Shown: positions 20,110-30,196 of the stretch, piece by piece
How the letters are laid out: every line of letters starts with the position of its first letter
Numbering within the stretch: the stretch's first letter is position 1
Assembly (NCBI GenBank): GCA_963662465.1
Contig: OY759599.1
Location: forward strand, 6,176,001 to 6,240,000
Length of the DNA: 64,000 nt
From: Desulfatiglandales bacterium
GTDB lineage: Bacteria; Desulfobacterota; DSM-4660; Desulfatiglandales; Desulfatiglandaceae
Reading direction: 5' to 3'
Position numbers and translations under genes: made by a program
Notes under the pieces: model-generated
The model's database searches: none
What the model was told of the DNA's origin: nothing
What the model saw: the letters and a program-made list of their open reading frames with translations, nothing else

Positions 20110-21591
20110 CTAAGCTGCTCCCCCGTTATTGAGAGCCTCGGCCAGAATGGTTTTGAGCTGATCTTGCAATTGACTAATTTCCCGTTGTTGCCGGGCATAT
20201 TTTTTCAGTAACTCATCCGGATCATGAGTGATCTGTTCCCCCACATGGGGATTTTTAATATCCAGGTTGTAGTTGCGGGCTTTGATATCATCAATGGAGA
20301 CTTTCCAGGCCTGGTCAGTCTCGACCCTTGCGGCAAAGCCGTCCTCCTCGCTGCCCCACCAATCGATTTCGGCCTGGAACTCCTCAAAGCGCATGGGTTT
20401 GGTCTTGTTGTAGCTTTTGACGCCTTTCGGATAGGGGTGCTCATAATACCAGATATGTTCGGTGGGTTGCCCCTTGGTGAAAAAGAGCAGGTTGGTTTTG
20501 ATGCCGGTGTAGGGGTTGAATACCCCGTTCGGCAATCGCACGATGGTGTGGAGGTTGCATTCCATCAGCAACTGTTCCTTGAGGCGGGTTTTCATGCCTT
20601 CGCCGAAGAAAAAGCCGTCGGGGAGCACCACGGCCGCCCGGCCTCGTTTTTTTAAGAGCTTAATGATTAATGCCACAAACAAATCGGCGGTTTCTCGAGT
20701 GCGCAAGGTGGCCGGAAAATTGTTTTCAATGCCGTCTTCTTCCATGCCCCCGAAGGGCGGATTGGTGACGATAACGTGAACCCGATCTTTTTCGCTGTAA
20801 TCCTTGTACGGGCGGCTTAATGTATTGTCATGCTTGATATTGATGGGGGTGTCGATGCCGTGCAGGATCATATTGGTGATACAGAGCATGTAGGGCAGGG
20901 ATTTTTTGTCGACCCCACGGATGGAGGCTTGCAGCGTTTCTTCATCCTCTGCCGTGTTGACATAGCTCTCTCTCTTATGTTCAATGGCGCAGGTCAAAAA
21001 ACCGCCGGTGCCGCAGGCCGGGTCGAGTACGGTTTCGTCCAACCTCGGAGCAACCCGGTTGACGATGAATTTTGTGACGGCCCGGGGGGTGTAAAACTCT
21101 CCGGCATTTCCGGCGCTTTGCAGGTCTTTGAGGATCTGCTCGTAGATGGCGCCGAAGGTGTGCCGGTCCTTTTGGGTGTTGAAGTCGATCTCGCAGATTT
21201 TATTGATCACCTGGCGCATCAAAGTGCCGGACTTCATGTAGTTGTAGGCGTCTTCAAATACGTCCCGCACCACCAACGCCCGCTTGCCTTCCGGGCCGTG
21301 GGCGCCGAGTTTGTTCTTTAAGGTCGGGAAGAGCTGCAGGTTGACAAAATCGGAGAGTTCGTCGCCGGTCATGCCTTCCGGGTCTTTGGCCCAGGATTGC
21401 CAGCGCAGATGACCCGGCAGCGGGGATTTATAGTCGTCTTCAAGAAGTTCCAATTCGTCTTCCCGGTCATCAAAGATTTTAAGGAAAAACATCCAGACCA
21501 ACTGGCTGATGCGCTGAGCGTCGCCATCGACGCCGACATCTTTACGCATGATATCTTGAATGGATTTGATGATGCCTGAAACATTGCTCAT
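20110..21591 (-). CDS. hsdM: type I restriction-modification N6-adenine methyltransferase
   Basis: [24 protein letters not shown] motifs. Confidence 0.95.
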   Translation of the reverse strand: MSNVSGIIKSIQDIMRKDVGVDGDAQRISQLVWMFFLKIFDDREDELELLEDDYKSPLPGHLRWQSWAKDPEGMTGDELSDFVNLQLFPTLKNKLGAHGPEGKRALVVRDVFEDAYNYMKSGTLMRQVINKICEIDFNTQKDRHTFGAIYEQILKDLQSAGNAGEFYTPRAVTKFIVNRVAPRLDETVLDPACGTGGFLTCAIEHKRESYVNTAEDEETLQASIRGVDKKSLPYMLCITNMILHGIDTPINIKHDNTLSRPYKDYSEKDRVHVIVTNPPFGGMEEDGIENNFPATLRTRETADLFVALIIKLLKKRGRAAVVLPDGFFFGEGMKTRLKEQLLMECNLHTIVRLPNGVFNPYTGIKTNLLFFTKGQPTEHIWYYEHPYPKGVKSYNKTKPMRFEEFQAEIDWWGSEEDGFAARVETDQAWKVSIDDIKARNYNLDIKNPHVGEQITHDPDELLKKYARQQREISQLQDQLKTILAEALNNGGAA

Positions 21592-23933
21592 GCAGATAGC
21601 TCCTGTTGAAATAATTCTTGTTCAAGTTCTTGAACGGCGTTTTCGTATTGGGTTTTGCCGCCGAACACCTGATTGATAATCTCCATGGGGGTGCCCATAT
21701 GGCTGAAGGGTTTGAGCTTGAGTACTTTTGCGTTTTCGATGGTGAGAATGCCCTCATCGGCATATTTATCGAGGAGCGCATTTAGCACCGCTCTTGCCTG
21801 TTCGCCGTATTTTGTGAAGTAGTTTCGCTTTTTGACGTTGTTGACCCGCTCTTTTCGAGTGAGCGGGGGCTGATCATAGGCGATATGGCATATCAAGTCA
21901 AAGTCGCCATACTCTTTGCCAATGGTTTCCTTCAAGTTGTCCAGAATGATGCCGTGATCTTCAAGCAATTCGATGATGGCCTGTTTTTTCCCGGCAGTGT
22001 TCCAGGTTCGAAGGAATGCATCCAGGGAAACGAACTCGGATTTGATCTGTTTACGGGTGAAATCTCGGTAAGACTCGGTAATCAGATTGCCGTCCGGGCC
22101 GTAGTATTCAACACGTTCCGCAATAATTTTGACCGGGATGCCGTTAAACACATATTTTTTCGTGCCGTAGCGATTATCGTCGTCATTGTCCTCATCATCC
22201 GGGTCATTCGGATCGGGCGGAACGGGATCATCGTCATCACCCGGTTCATAAATTACCACGGGCTCACCATCGAAATCCGGATCTCTGAAGAGTTCGGTCG
22301 CTTTTTTGAAATCCATGATGGTGAAAAAGTATTTGTTGAATTCTTCCTCTATGCGGGTGCCCCGGCCGATAATCTGCTTAAACATGGTCATGGAGCGGAT
22401 GGTTTTATCCAGCACAATGACCTTACAGGTTTTTGCATCGACACCGGTTGTCAACAGTTCCGATGTGGTGACGATGACGGGGAATTTGCTTTCGGGGTCG
22501 ATAAAATTATCCAGCTCCGCCTTACCTTCGATACTGTCGCCGGTGATGCGCATAACGTATTTGGGGTTGTCGAGGGCGAGCTGCCCCGCGGCATTGATGA
22601 TGGCTGCGCGCATACGTTCCGCATGGTCAATGTTTTCACAGAAGACAATGGTTTTTGCGAATGGATCGGTTGCGTTAAGGAGCTTCATCACCCGGTTTGC
22701 AACGCGCTTTGTTCGTTGGTTCAGGACGAGGATGCGATCCATGTCTTTCTGATTGTAGGTACGCTCTTCGATTTCACGACCAAGATCATCCGTCATGCCG
22801 GGAGGGGGTGTCCAGCCGTAGAGATCCTTGTCCATATCAATGCGCACCACCTTATAGGGTGCGAGAAAACCGTCTGCAATCCCCTGCTTCAGGCTGTAGG
22901 TGTAAACCGGTTCGCCAAAATAGGATATATTTGAAACGTATTTGGTTTCCTTGGGTGTGGCGGTCATACCGATCTGTATGGCGCCGGAAAAATATTCAAG
23001 GATTTCGCGCCAGGCGGAATCATCGGCGGCGCTCCCCCGGTGGCATTCATCGATAACGATCATGTCGAAGAAATCAGGGGAAACATTTTTGAATATCTTA
23101 TCTTCTTCGTCCGGCCCCGTTATGGCCTGATAGAGGCCCAGGTGGATTTCATAGGCCGGATCAATCTTCCGGTTTTTGATCTTGGTCATCACCGACCCGA
23201 ATGGCTTGAAATCATTCACCAGGGTTTGATCGGCCAGAATATTCCGGTCCACCAGAAACAGGGCTCTCTTGACGAGTTTTGCCTTCCAGAGCCGCCAGAT
23301 GATTTGAAATGTCGTATAGGTTTTCCCTGTGCCCGTGGCCATCACAATTAAGATGCGCTTTCGGCCACCCGCGACCGCTTCAACAACCCGATTGATGGCT
23401 TCCACCTGGTAGTAACGGGGCTCTTTCCCTGAACTGTCTGTGTGATAAGGTTGCAAAAGCAGTTCTTCCGATGTGTCTTCGATGCCGCGATAGGTCTTGT
23501 AGCGCTGCCACAGTGTTTGCGGCGGCGGAAATCGGTCAAGGGGGAATTGGGTTTCGATATCCTCATCGGCGGCAGGCGCCTTGTTATGTGAGGAGAAGGT
23601 ATCGCCATTAGAACTGAAGGCACTCGGCACTTCCAGTATTTCCGCGTATCCCAAAGCCTGCTGTATCCCCTGGCTTACGGTGTGCTTATTGTCCTTGGCT
23701 TCTACTACGGCAATGGGGACGCCGGGCTCCTGATAAAGCACGTAGTCCGCGAATTTCTTCTTTTTCTTATTGCGGGATGACATATTACCCCTGACAATGA
23801 TGGGGCCCGGTGTGAGCGTCACCTCGCGGCGGATTTGGTTTCTTGAATCCCACCCGGCATCTTTAATGGCAGGGGTGATGAACAAATCACAGATATCGAT
23901 TTCGCTTAAGTTTTTCTTATTGATTTTGTCCAA
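21588..23933 (-). CDS. hsdR: type I restriction endonuclease subunit R (EcoAI/EcoEI-like); probable TTG start at 23933
   Basis: ADYVL/VVEAK nuclease motif, [26 protein letters not shown]; EcoEI-type C terminus ([18 protein letters not shown]). Confidence 0.93.
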   Translation of the reverse strand: MDKINKKNLSEIDICDLFITPAIKDAGWDSRNQIRREVTLTPGPIIVRGNMSSRNKKKKKFADYVLYQEPGVPIAVVEAKDNKHTVSQGIQQALGYAEILEVPSAFSSNGDTFSSHNKAPAADEDIETQFPLDRFPPPQTLWQRYKTYRGIEDTSEELLLQPYHTDSSGKEPRYYQVEAINRVVEAVAGGRKRILIVMATGTGKTYTTFQIIWRLWKAKLVKRALFLVDRNILADQTLVNDFKPFGSVMTKIKNRKIDPAYEIHLGLYQAITGPDEEDKIFKNVSPDFFDMIVIDECHRGSAADDSAWREILEYFSGAIQIGMTATPKETKYVSNISYFGEPVYTYSLKQGIADGFLAPYKVVRIDMDKDLYGWTPPPGMTDDLGREIEERTYNQKDMDRILVLNQRTKRVANRVMKLLNATDPFAKTIVFCENIDHAERMRAAIINAAGQLALDNPKYVMRITGDSIEGKAELDNFIDPESKFPVIVTTSELLTTGVDAKTCKVIVLDKTIRSMTMFKQIIGRGTRIEEEFNKYFFTIMDFKKATELFRDPDFDGEPVVIYEPGDDDDPVPPDPNDPDDEDNDDDNRYGTKKYVFNGIPVKIIAERVEYYGPDGNLITESYRDFTRKQIKSEFVSLDAFLRTWNTAGKKQAIIELLEDHGIILDNLKETIGKEYGDFDLICHIAYDQPPLTRKERVNNVKKRNYFTKYGEQARAVLNALLDKYADEGILTIENAKVLKLKPFSHMGTPMEIINQVFGGKTQYENAVQELEQELFQQELSA

Positions 23934-24188
23934 AACGCACCTCTTTTCCAAAGACTCAGGCGTACGCTTACCGATTTGGTTTATGGTTGTGAGCATATGC
24001 CCAACATCGGGAGTTGTCAATAATTGTATGGGGGTGGTAGTGGGAAATTGTCCATTAAATGTGAAGGGTTTAAGCCTTGATTGTGCCCGTTCCCCACCGT
24101 GGTTGTTCAGTAGCGGGGCAGGCACGGGGGGTGGTCGGTAAGGCGGGGTTGGGACTCGCAACATAACGTCCCGCGGTCCCGTTGCGGT

Positions 24189-24485
24189 TTACCTGATGGA
24201 ATGGATTTCATCCATGACGTGGATGTCGGGTTTTCCCGCAAGGAGTCCACCGATTTTGCCAAAGAAGGCCTTGAAATGCGGTGTGGCGGAGTGATAATCA
24301 AGGGCCGCCTTGTCGCTGTAACGTTCCAGAATGACAATCGTGTTGGGATTGGCCTCATCCCGATTCATGGTATAGGAGAGGGTTCCCTCTTCCCCGGCTA
24401 CACCCGTCATGAGTTCTTTGATGAGGTCGATGGCATTATCAACCTTTCCCTCTTGAATGGACAGCTTCGCAATAACTCCGATCAT
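24189..24485 (-). CDS. antibiotic biosynthesis monooxygenase (ABM) / putative quinol monooxygenase family protein
   Basis: EEGTLSY, ERYSDKAALDYHSATPHF motifs. Confidence 0.82.
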   Translation of the reverse strand: MIGVIAKLSIQEGKVDNAIDLIKELMTGVAGEEGTLSYTMNRDEANPNTIVILERYSDKAALDYHSATPHFKAFFGKIGGLLAGKPDIHVMDEIHSIR

Positions 24486-24525
24486 TTTACACACTCCTTT
24501 GTTTAGGTTTCTTTGTTCCTCTTAT

Positions 24526-25944
24526 TTATTTTTTCGTCTTTTCAAAGCGTCCCCCGGAGACGGCCGGGTCATTGGGGTAACCGAGGCCCTCAAAATCCAT
24601 GACCCCGTCAGGTCCGTGACAATGGGTACAGGAAAGGGCTTTCTTTTTGGGAACCACCCCGTGGTTGATGGGCCAGTGCATGAGGGTATTGACGAATTTG
24701 ATTTTGCCGCTGTATTTGAGCCCGGCTTCCTTCATGCCGTCCGCCGCGGCCCGGTTCCAGTCAAAATGCGTCCAGAAACCCTCCCACAATTTGGGCACAA
24801 TGAGGTAGCCGTATTCGGCATCGGCCGGCTGTATGCCGGAAAACAGTTTGTAAGGTGTAATCCTGGCGGTTGGATCGCTGATGTCGCCAACCGGCGGATT
24901 CAGCTGCGTTACGCCATTGGCATTGATGGCATCCCCGTTCAAATACCGCCGATGCTTGCCGTTGTTCCAGGCATAGACCGGCTGAACGTTCTGTCGTTTG
25001 ATGAGAACACCCTTCTTTTTGCTGTGGGTGGCGATAACGTCGGGATCCTTCGGCAACAGCTCAACGGCCTTTCCCGCCTTGGACCAGTCCCAGAACATGA
25101 GGGTGGGCTTGTCCCTGGCAAATGTGGGAATATGACAGGTCTGACACGCGACGGTGTCGCAATGGGCATTCAGGGTCTTGAGCAGGGGGTGATCATCATC
25201 ATGGGGCTTTTCGTCGTGACAGTCCGTGCAGGAGACGCGCCCCTCGCTGACGGATGAGGTAACGCTGGCCCCCGAAATTTTATGTTTAAGGGTCACATGG
25301 CATTCCTGGCAGGTAAAATCCTGGCCGCCCATGTGAATATCCTGTAAGGCAGTGGGATGCTTCAGGGTGCTGTCCAGATCCCCGTGCTTGATGGCATCCC
25401 CGCCGCCGCCGAACCAGTGGCATGATCCGCAATTGGCGCGGGTGGGAAGCCCCACCTGTCGCGCGATTTTGACCAGGTCGAGACCTTGTTTTTCATGCCC
25501 GCAGTCCGTGGATGTTTTGGCGTATGTGCCCGTGGTATCGTGACAGACCAGGCAGTCAATGCGCGTGGGATCCGTGAAATCAAATTTTTTGTCCTTCCAT
25601 CCGTAGCCTGCGTGGCAGCTGGTACACCTGCACCAGTTGGAGATGGGGCTCATTCAGAAATTGTTGATCAGTACCCGTTTGCCCAGATCCGTGCGGTGTT
25701 CGTGACCCTGCACATGGGGACTGGGTCCCTGCCACAACCAGTGGGCCGATTGAAGTATTTCATCCGCCTGTTTCCGGTGACATTTGAGGCAGTCTTTCGT
25801 CACCGCCATGCCATTGGCATAGGGGCCCTTTAAACGATTTTGGTGATTGGAAAGACCGGAGTCGGTTTTTTGGGCCATGGAGAGACCCGTATGGATGCAG
25901 AAGGTCAGGATTAAAAGCAATATCGCAAACAAGGTTTTTTTCAT
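24526..25944 (-). CDS. octaheme tetrathionate-reductase-family cytochrome c with Sec at TGA 25654-25656 (472 aa)
   Basis: ORFs 25654-25944 and 24526-25653 are in one frame separated only by TGA; joined they give signal peptide + 8 CxxCH motifs and GKxxxINNF-U-xxxxSNxxRCTSCHAGYGW; SECIS-like hairpin follows. Confidence 0.88.
25619..25636 (-). promoter_or_regulatory. putative bacterial SECIS hairpin (octaheme cytochrome gene)
   Basis: CUGGUGC-AGGU-GUACCAG starting 18 nt after the UGA. Confidence 0.72.
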
Positions 25945-27638
25945 TTTTGATTTTCTCCCAACGATTTGATCGGTTTCAGGTGAACAAAAGACCAGAGATT
26001 GCCGATACCCCCGGGCATCTTTACCCAGCCTTGGAAACGATCGTTTCGGGCTGCCTCTACCCTGGGTCCCGTGTACAGGGGAATGCAGGGAGTTTCCCGT
26101 GCAATAAGTGTCTGCATATCAAAAACCATAGCTTTTCTTCGGTCCGGGTTCCTTTCCCGAGACGCTTTTTCCGCCAGTTCATCAAAGGCGGCGTTTCGAA
26201 AACGGGCATGGTTTTTTCCGCCCGGTAAAGCCTCCGAGCTGTGGAAAAAAGTTTTGAGATAATCCGGATCATCGGAAAGGTTGGTCCATCCTATGATGCA
26301 GGTATCAAAGTCCCCTTTTCTGAGGTGTGCAATGGTCTGGTGCAGGGACTGCATTCGTGTAGATACCGGGATGCCGATTTTTGAGAGGGTCTTCTTGATT
26401 TGCAGGGCCACTTTTAGTCGAAAGGGCCTGTGCCAGCCCCGGGTGGTCAGGATTTCCATGGGCTTCATCTTTTGGCCGTCGGGCAGGATAAGACGTGCTT
26501 TGCCCCAGGAATATCCCGCTTTTTGAAGGATCATTTTGGCCTGGTTGACCCGTTCCTCCGAAGTCAATCCAGCCCCGGGATCCGTCACATGGGGGTTGGA
26601 CCAGAAGGTGTTTTGGGGTGGAATGACACTATATACCGGTGTGCCTTGCCCCTTTAAAATCCGTCTGATAATCTGGCCCCTGTCCACCAAAAGGGCCACG
26701 GCCCGGCGAAACGCGGGATCACTGTAGGGGGCTCGTTCCAGGTTAAAGGTAAGATAGTCATAGCCGGTTCGGTTTGTGCGATAGATCGTTACATGGGGCA
26801 TTTTGGAAATTTGGGATATAAAATCAAGGGGCAGATCCCACCAGATAAAGTCTATTTTGCCTGATACCAGTTCGTTCAAGGATTTTTGAACATCCTGGTT
26901 GAAATCCAGAATGATGGTGGTCAGGTAAGGGCCCACGGAAATGCCTTCTATCTTATGCCCCCGACCAAAAAAATGAGGGTTTTGCTTGAGTACCATAAAG
27001 AACGGTTCGGTGTAGGTTTGCAGAAAAAAAGGACCATTGCTGGAGACGGTTTGCGGTGTAAAGGCGGTAAGGGTTTTAAGGGGATTATGGGTGGTCCGGG
27101 CCGAAAGTACCATTTGCGACCATCTCTTTTTCTGTACAAAGGGCGCGAAAAGTGCCCGCTTAAAAAAGCCGGGACTGGGTCCTTTCAGGGTAAAGCGCAG
27201 GGTCCGTTCATCCAGTGCCTCCATTTTTGCCACATCCTGCCATTTTTCCATATGGCCGGGGACCTGGAATTCCTGAATGGTCTTTACCGTAAACATCAAA
27301 TCCTCCACCGTCACTGGTGAACCGTCATCCCATTTTGCCTCTCGAAGTCGAATGGTGACGCTGTTGGGCAGATCCCCCGGCGTTGGCGGGGATTCCGCCA
27401 GCCAGGGGATCATCCTTCCATCCGCCGGTCCCTTAACATAAAGGGACATGAGGAAAAGCCGAAGAACCTTTTGAGACCAGGCATCGGTCGCGTCGAAATA
27501 GTTCAGGGATTTCGGACGATTCGGCATGGCAATATGAATGCTGTCTTCAACGGCATTTGTCAAACCGGACTGAAATGTCAGGAAAACGATGATGAAACAA
27601 AAAACGGCTCTTCTCAAAATATTCCCTTTGTGCTGCAT
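25941..27638 (-). CDS. ABC transporter substrate-binding protein, family 5 (peptide/nickel type), without adjacent permeases
   Basis: PWLAES, KWDDGSPVTVEDL, NGPFFL, FRRAVALLVDR, GKNHARF motifs; N-terminal hydrophobic signal. Confidence 0.85.
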   Translation of the reverse strand: MQHKGNILRRAVFCFIIVFLTFQSGLTNAVEDSIHIAMPNRPKSLNYFDATDAWSQKVLRLFLMSLYVKGPADGRMIPWLAESPPTPGDLPNSVTIRLREAKWDDGSPVTVEDLMFTVKTIQEFQVPGHMEKWQDVAKMEALDERTLRFTLKGPSPGFFKRALFAPFVQKKRWSQMVLSARTTHNPLKTLTAFTPQTVSSNGPFFLQTYTEPFFMVLKQNPHFFGRGHKIEGISVGPYLTTIILDFNQDVQKSLNELVSGKIDFIWWDLPLDFISQISKMPHVTIYRTNRTGYDYLTFNLERAPYSDPAFRRAVALLVDRGQIIRRILKGQGTPVYSVIPPQNTFWSNPHVTDPGAGLTSEERVNQAKMILQKAGYSWGKARLILPDGQKMKPMEILTTRGWHRPFRLKVALQIKKTLSKIGIPVSTRMQSLHQTIAHLRKGDFDTCIIGWTNLSDDPDYLKTFFHSSEALPGGKNHARFRNAAFDELAEKASRERNPDRRKAMVFDMQTLIARETPCIPLYTGPRVEAARNDRFQGWVKMPGGIGNLWSFVHLKPIKSLGENQK

Positions 27639-27642
27639 GACA

Positions 27643-28323
27643 TCACCCCTTGCCCGGCATCCGGTCCGGTTGCATAACGTCTGTGAATATTGAACTTTCC
27701 TTCTTCCATAAAGAAATATCATTTTCGAGCCTTTGGAAGGCACTAAGTTGCCGCAGTGGCGAGAAATCGGAAATCAATTCTGTGATGCGAATGCGGCATT
27801 CCGCCGTGTTAAACCCTTTTAACCGCCTGCCTCTAAGTCCACTGGCTTTACGTAAGATTTCAAAGAGGATATTTTTCGGGTCCGGGATTTGTTCAACTAC
27901 GGATAGATCAGGTATTTTTAATGGATTTTTTCCGTTGGGATTACCAGCCGCAAGCCTGATTGCGGGTTCGTCGAAAAGCAACCACGCTTCCGTCATTCTT
28001 ATCGGCACCACGCAGACAGTCGGTAATTGAAATCCCCGTTTGGCTGCTTCCTGGAGTGCATCGCGGATTTCCCCGTAGCGCGTTTCCGGTTCTTCTCTTT
28101 CGGCATCTCTATGTACAAAAAGCAAATCGGATGGAAAAAGATCTATAGCGGATAAAATACGTTCATGCAGGCTTTTCGGAGGTTGAGGCAAACGACGCAA
28201 ATCAGCCCATTCAGGTTGCACCCGTTTTACGTCGCCTTTTTGCCTCAGGACCCAGGTGAGGATGGGGAGCAATGCGCGATCCGAAGGTCCGTCGGCAATC
28301 AATGTATACCGAAGCTCATCCAT
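27643..28323 (-). CDS. DUF4276-like (TOPRIM-like) hypothetical protein coupled to the upstream ATPase
   Basis: LIADGPSD, FVHRDAE, VVPIRMTEAWLL, DPK motifs; overlaps the ATPase stop. Confidence 0.68.
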   Translation of the reverse strand: MDELRYTLIADGPSDRALLPILTWVLRQKGDVKRVQPEWADLRRLPQPPKSLHERILSAIDLFPSDLLFVHRDAEREEPETRYGEIRDALQEAAKRGFQLPTVCVVPIRMTEAWLLFDEPAIRLAAGNPNGKNPLKIPDLSVVEQIPDPKNILFEILRKASGLRGRRLKGFNTAECRIRITELISDFSPLRQLSAFQRLENDISLWKKESSIFTDVMQPDRMPGKG

Positions 28324-29815
28324 TATTGAGACCCCACCCCGGAAAATACATCTGGAGGTCATCGCGGTCCACAACCCGATTCGTAGGCTGTTTCGAATTG
28401 GGTTGTGGGGGCGAGGCCGGATTGAGATAAGTCAGAAGCTTGCCTTTCGAGACAATAGCCGGGTTGCCAGGTGCTTTGGCGCGCCATGTATCTGAAAGAT
28501 AGTTGAAGCAGACCTTGTTGAATCTTAGATTGTCACGGATATCTTCCTTCAATTCAGCCACCAGAAGGCAGTTGTCGGGAACTTCGCTAACTACCGCGGG
28601 AGAATGCGTATTGATAATCACCTGGCGCAGAGGATTCGTTTCATCGACCCGTTCATTGGGATCTATTGCAATATCCTGCAGCAATTGCAGCATCGCGGGA
28701 ATTTTTTCCGGGTGTATTCCGTTTTCCGGTTCCTCCAAACAAAGCACCCCTTTGGTGATGGTGTCCAGTTCAAGTACCGTGAGTGCAAGAAAACGAAGTG
28801 TGCCATCGGATAATGAACGAGCAGGATGTTCCGTTCCATCCTTTCCAATAACCTGCAATGTTAAAATTTCGCGTCTGTCGTCCCGATCAACCCACACGCG
28901 GCTCACATCCCCAATCAATGTACTCAGCCGATTGGCGACTTTGGCGAAAATAAAATCCGGGTCTTTTTTTCTTTCTCCGTTTTCAGAAGTCTCGGTTGGT
29001 GTGTGGGCCAGCCGATAAAGGGTTGCGGGGAGATGTTCCCCCCTAAGGGTTAAATGAGAAGGCGCATTAATTTCGTCGGGCTTACGGAGGGCAGAGGGTT
29101 CTAATTGCAAAATGCGCCAAAATTCCATTTCCCGACGGGCGCAGAGAACCGTCGGGCTTTCAGCGGCATTGGCGGCGGATAATACAGTACGGGGAAGATT
29201 TGATGCCGAATGCGGCAGAGGTTTGCCTCGACTCCCGCCACCATCCTGATGGAGTTTAATAATCCGGGAAACCCCGTCCTCTTCCGTGGAGATGAAATAA
29301 GGAACCCTGCGACCCGCTTTAACCACAGTGTCACGCCACTCCTTTGCACTATGCTTGAAAAGCAGGTGTTTTCCAGCCTCACCCTTTTTGATATGGGAAA
29401 GCTCTTCCTTCAGAATCTCCAAAGACCCGTTTGACAGGGTGTTATGTTTGTCGCTTCGATATCCGAGGTCCAGAGCGTATCTCAGCATTGTATTGGTTGC
29501 TTTGCCTGTTTGTCCCAAATCATCCACAGCTTCCCGGGGAACGATCATTTCCACTTCAAAGGACATTCGATCCGTATAATTATTGCCTACACGATGAAAC
29601 AGATTTCGCAGATCGGATGCGCTCCCTCCTTCGGCTCTTATTGACAAAGCGGCTTCGATGAGGGGTCGACTGGCCAAGGCGCTGAGGAAATGGATCGCAT
29701 CAAAAAGATTTGACTTTCCGACGCCATTAACGCCTGCGATACATGTAAATGGTCCAAAACGGACATCTACATCCACCAGGTTCTTAAAACCGTTGACCTT
29801 TAAGCGGATGATCAT
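28316..29815 (-). CDS. AAA_21/AAA_15-type ABC-like ATPase
   Basis: NGFKNL, GVNGVGKSN Walker A, LSDGT signature, LEEPENGIHP Walker B, NTHSP. Confidence 0.88.
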   Translation of the reverse strand: MIIRLKVNGFKNLVDVDVRFGPFTCIAGVNGVGKSNLFDAIHFLSALASRPLIEAALSIRAEGGSASDLRNLFHRVGNNYTDRMSFEVEMIVPREAVDDLGQTGKATNTMLRYALDLGYRSDKHNTLSNGSLEILKEELSHIKKGEAGKHLLFKHSAKEWRDTVVKAGRRVPYFISTEEDGVSRIIKLHQDGGGSRGKPLPHSASNLPRTVLSAANAAESPTVLCARREMEFWRILQLEPSALRKPDEINAPSHLTLRGEHLPATLYRLAHTPTETSENGERKKDPDFIFAKVANRLSTLIGDVSRVWVDRDDRREILTLQVIGKDGTEHPARSLSDGTLRFLALTVLELDTITKGVLCLEEPENGIHPEKIPAMLQLLQDIAIDPNERVDETNPLRQVIINTHSPAVVSEVPDNCLLVAELKEDIRDNLRFNKVCFNYLSDTWRAKAPGNPAIVSKGKLLTYLNPASPPQPNSKQPTNRVVDRDDLQMYFPGWGLNNG

Positions 29816-29944
29816 TGCAGCTTGACCTCATATTTGGGTAATGTCTACGTTAAGGCGATCCCCCGGAATCAGCGCACATCCTGCCGGCCAGGGGGACAGT
29901 CTTTTCTTTTCCGTGGATAGAAAATGTTCTTATTGCCAACAGGT

Positions 29945-30196
29945 CTAAATCCCTTTCAGGTATTCCGCCAATTTTTCAGCGGAAAGCGCCGTCTCCAGGG
30001 GAAGTTGCTCCCCGTTCACGAAAACGCTGGTGGCGCTCCTGATCTTGTATTTCATTGCTTCCATGGAGTCATTGGTAAAGATGCTCAGGTTTATGGCATC
30101 CCCCATGGTTTCCTTGGTTTTTTCGGCCACGCCTATGGCCGCCTGGCAACTCCTTCAGCCGGGGTTGCCGCTGTGAAACACGATCACTTCAATCAT
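29945..30196 (-). CDS. small thioredoxin-fold (seleno)protein, 83 aa, Sec at TGA 30155-30157 (UxxC)
   Basis: ATG 30196 with aaggag RBS gives MIEVIVFHSGNPG-U-RSCQAAIG, in frame with the 29945-30130 ORF (SVFVNGE); hairpin follows the UGA. Confidence 0.85.
30124..30141 (-). promoter_or_regulatory. putative bacterial SECIS hairpin (thioredoxin-fold gene)
   Basis: CGGCCAU-AGGC-GUGGCCG starting 14 nt after the UGA. Confidence 0.72.

Noticed and set aside
23934..24164. N-terminal extension of hsdR given in the ORF track
   Set aside because: Pro-rich non-homologous sequence; an RBS-preceded TTG at 23933 matches the usual HsdR start
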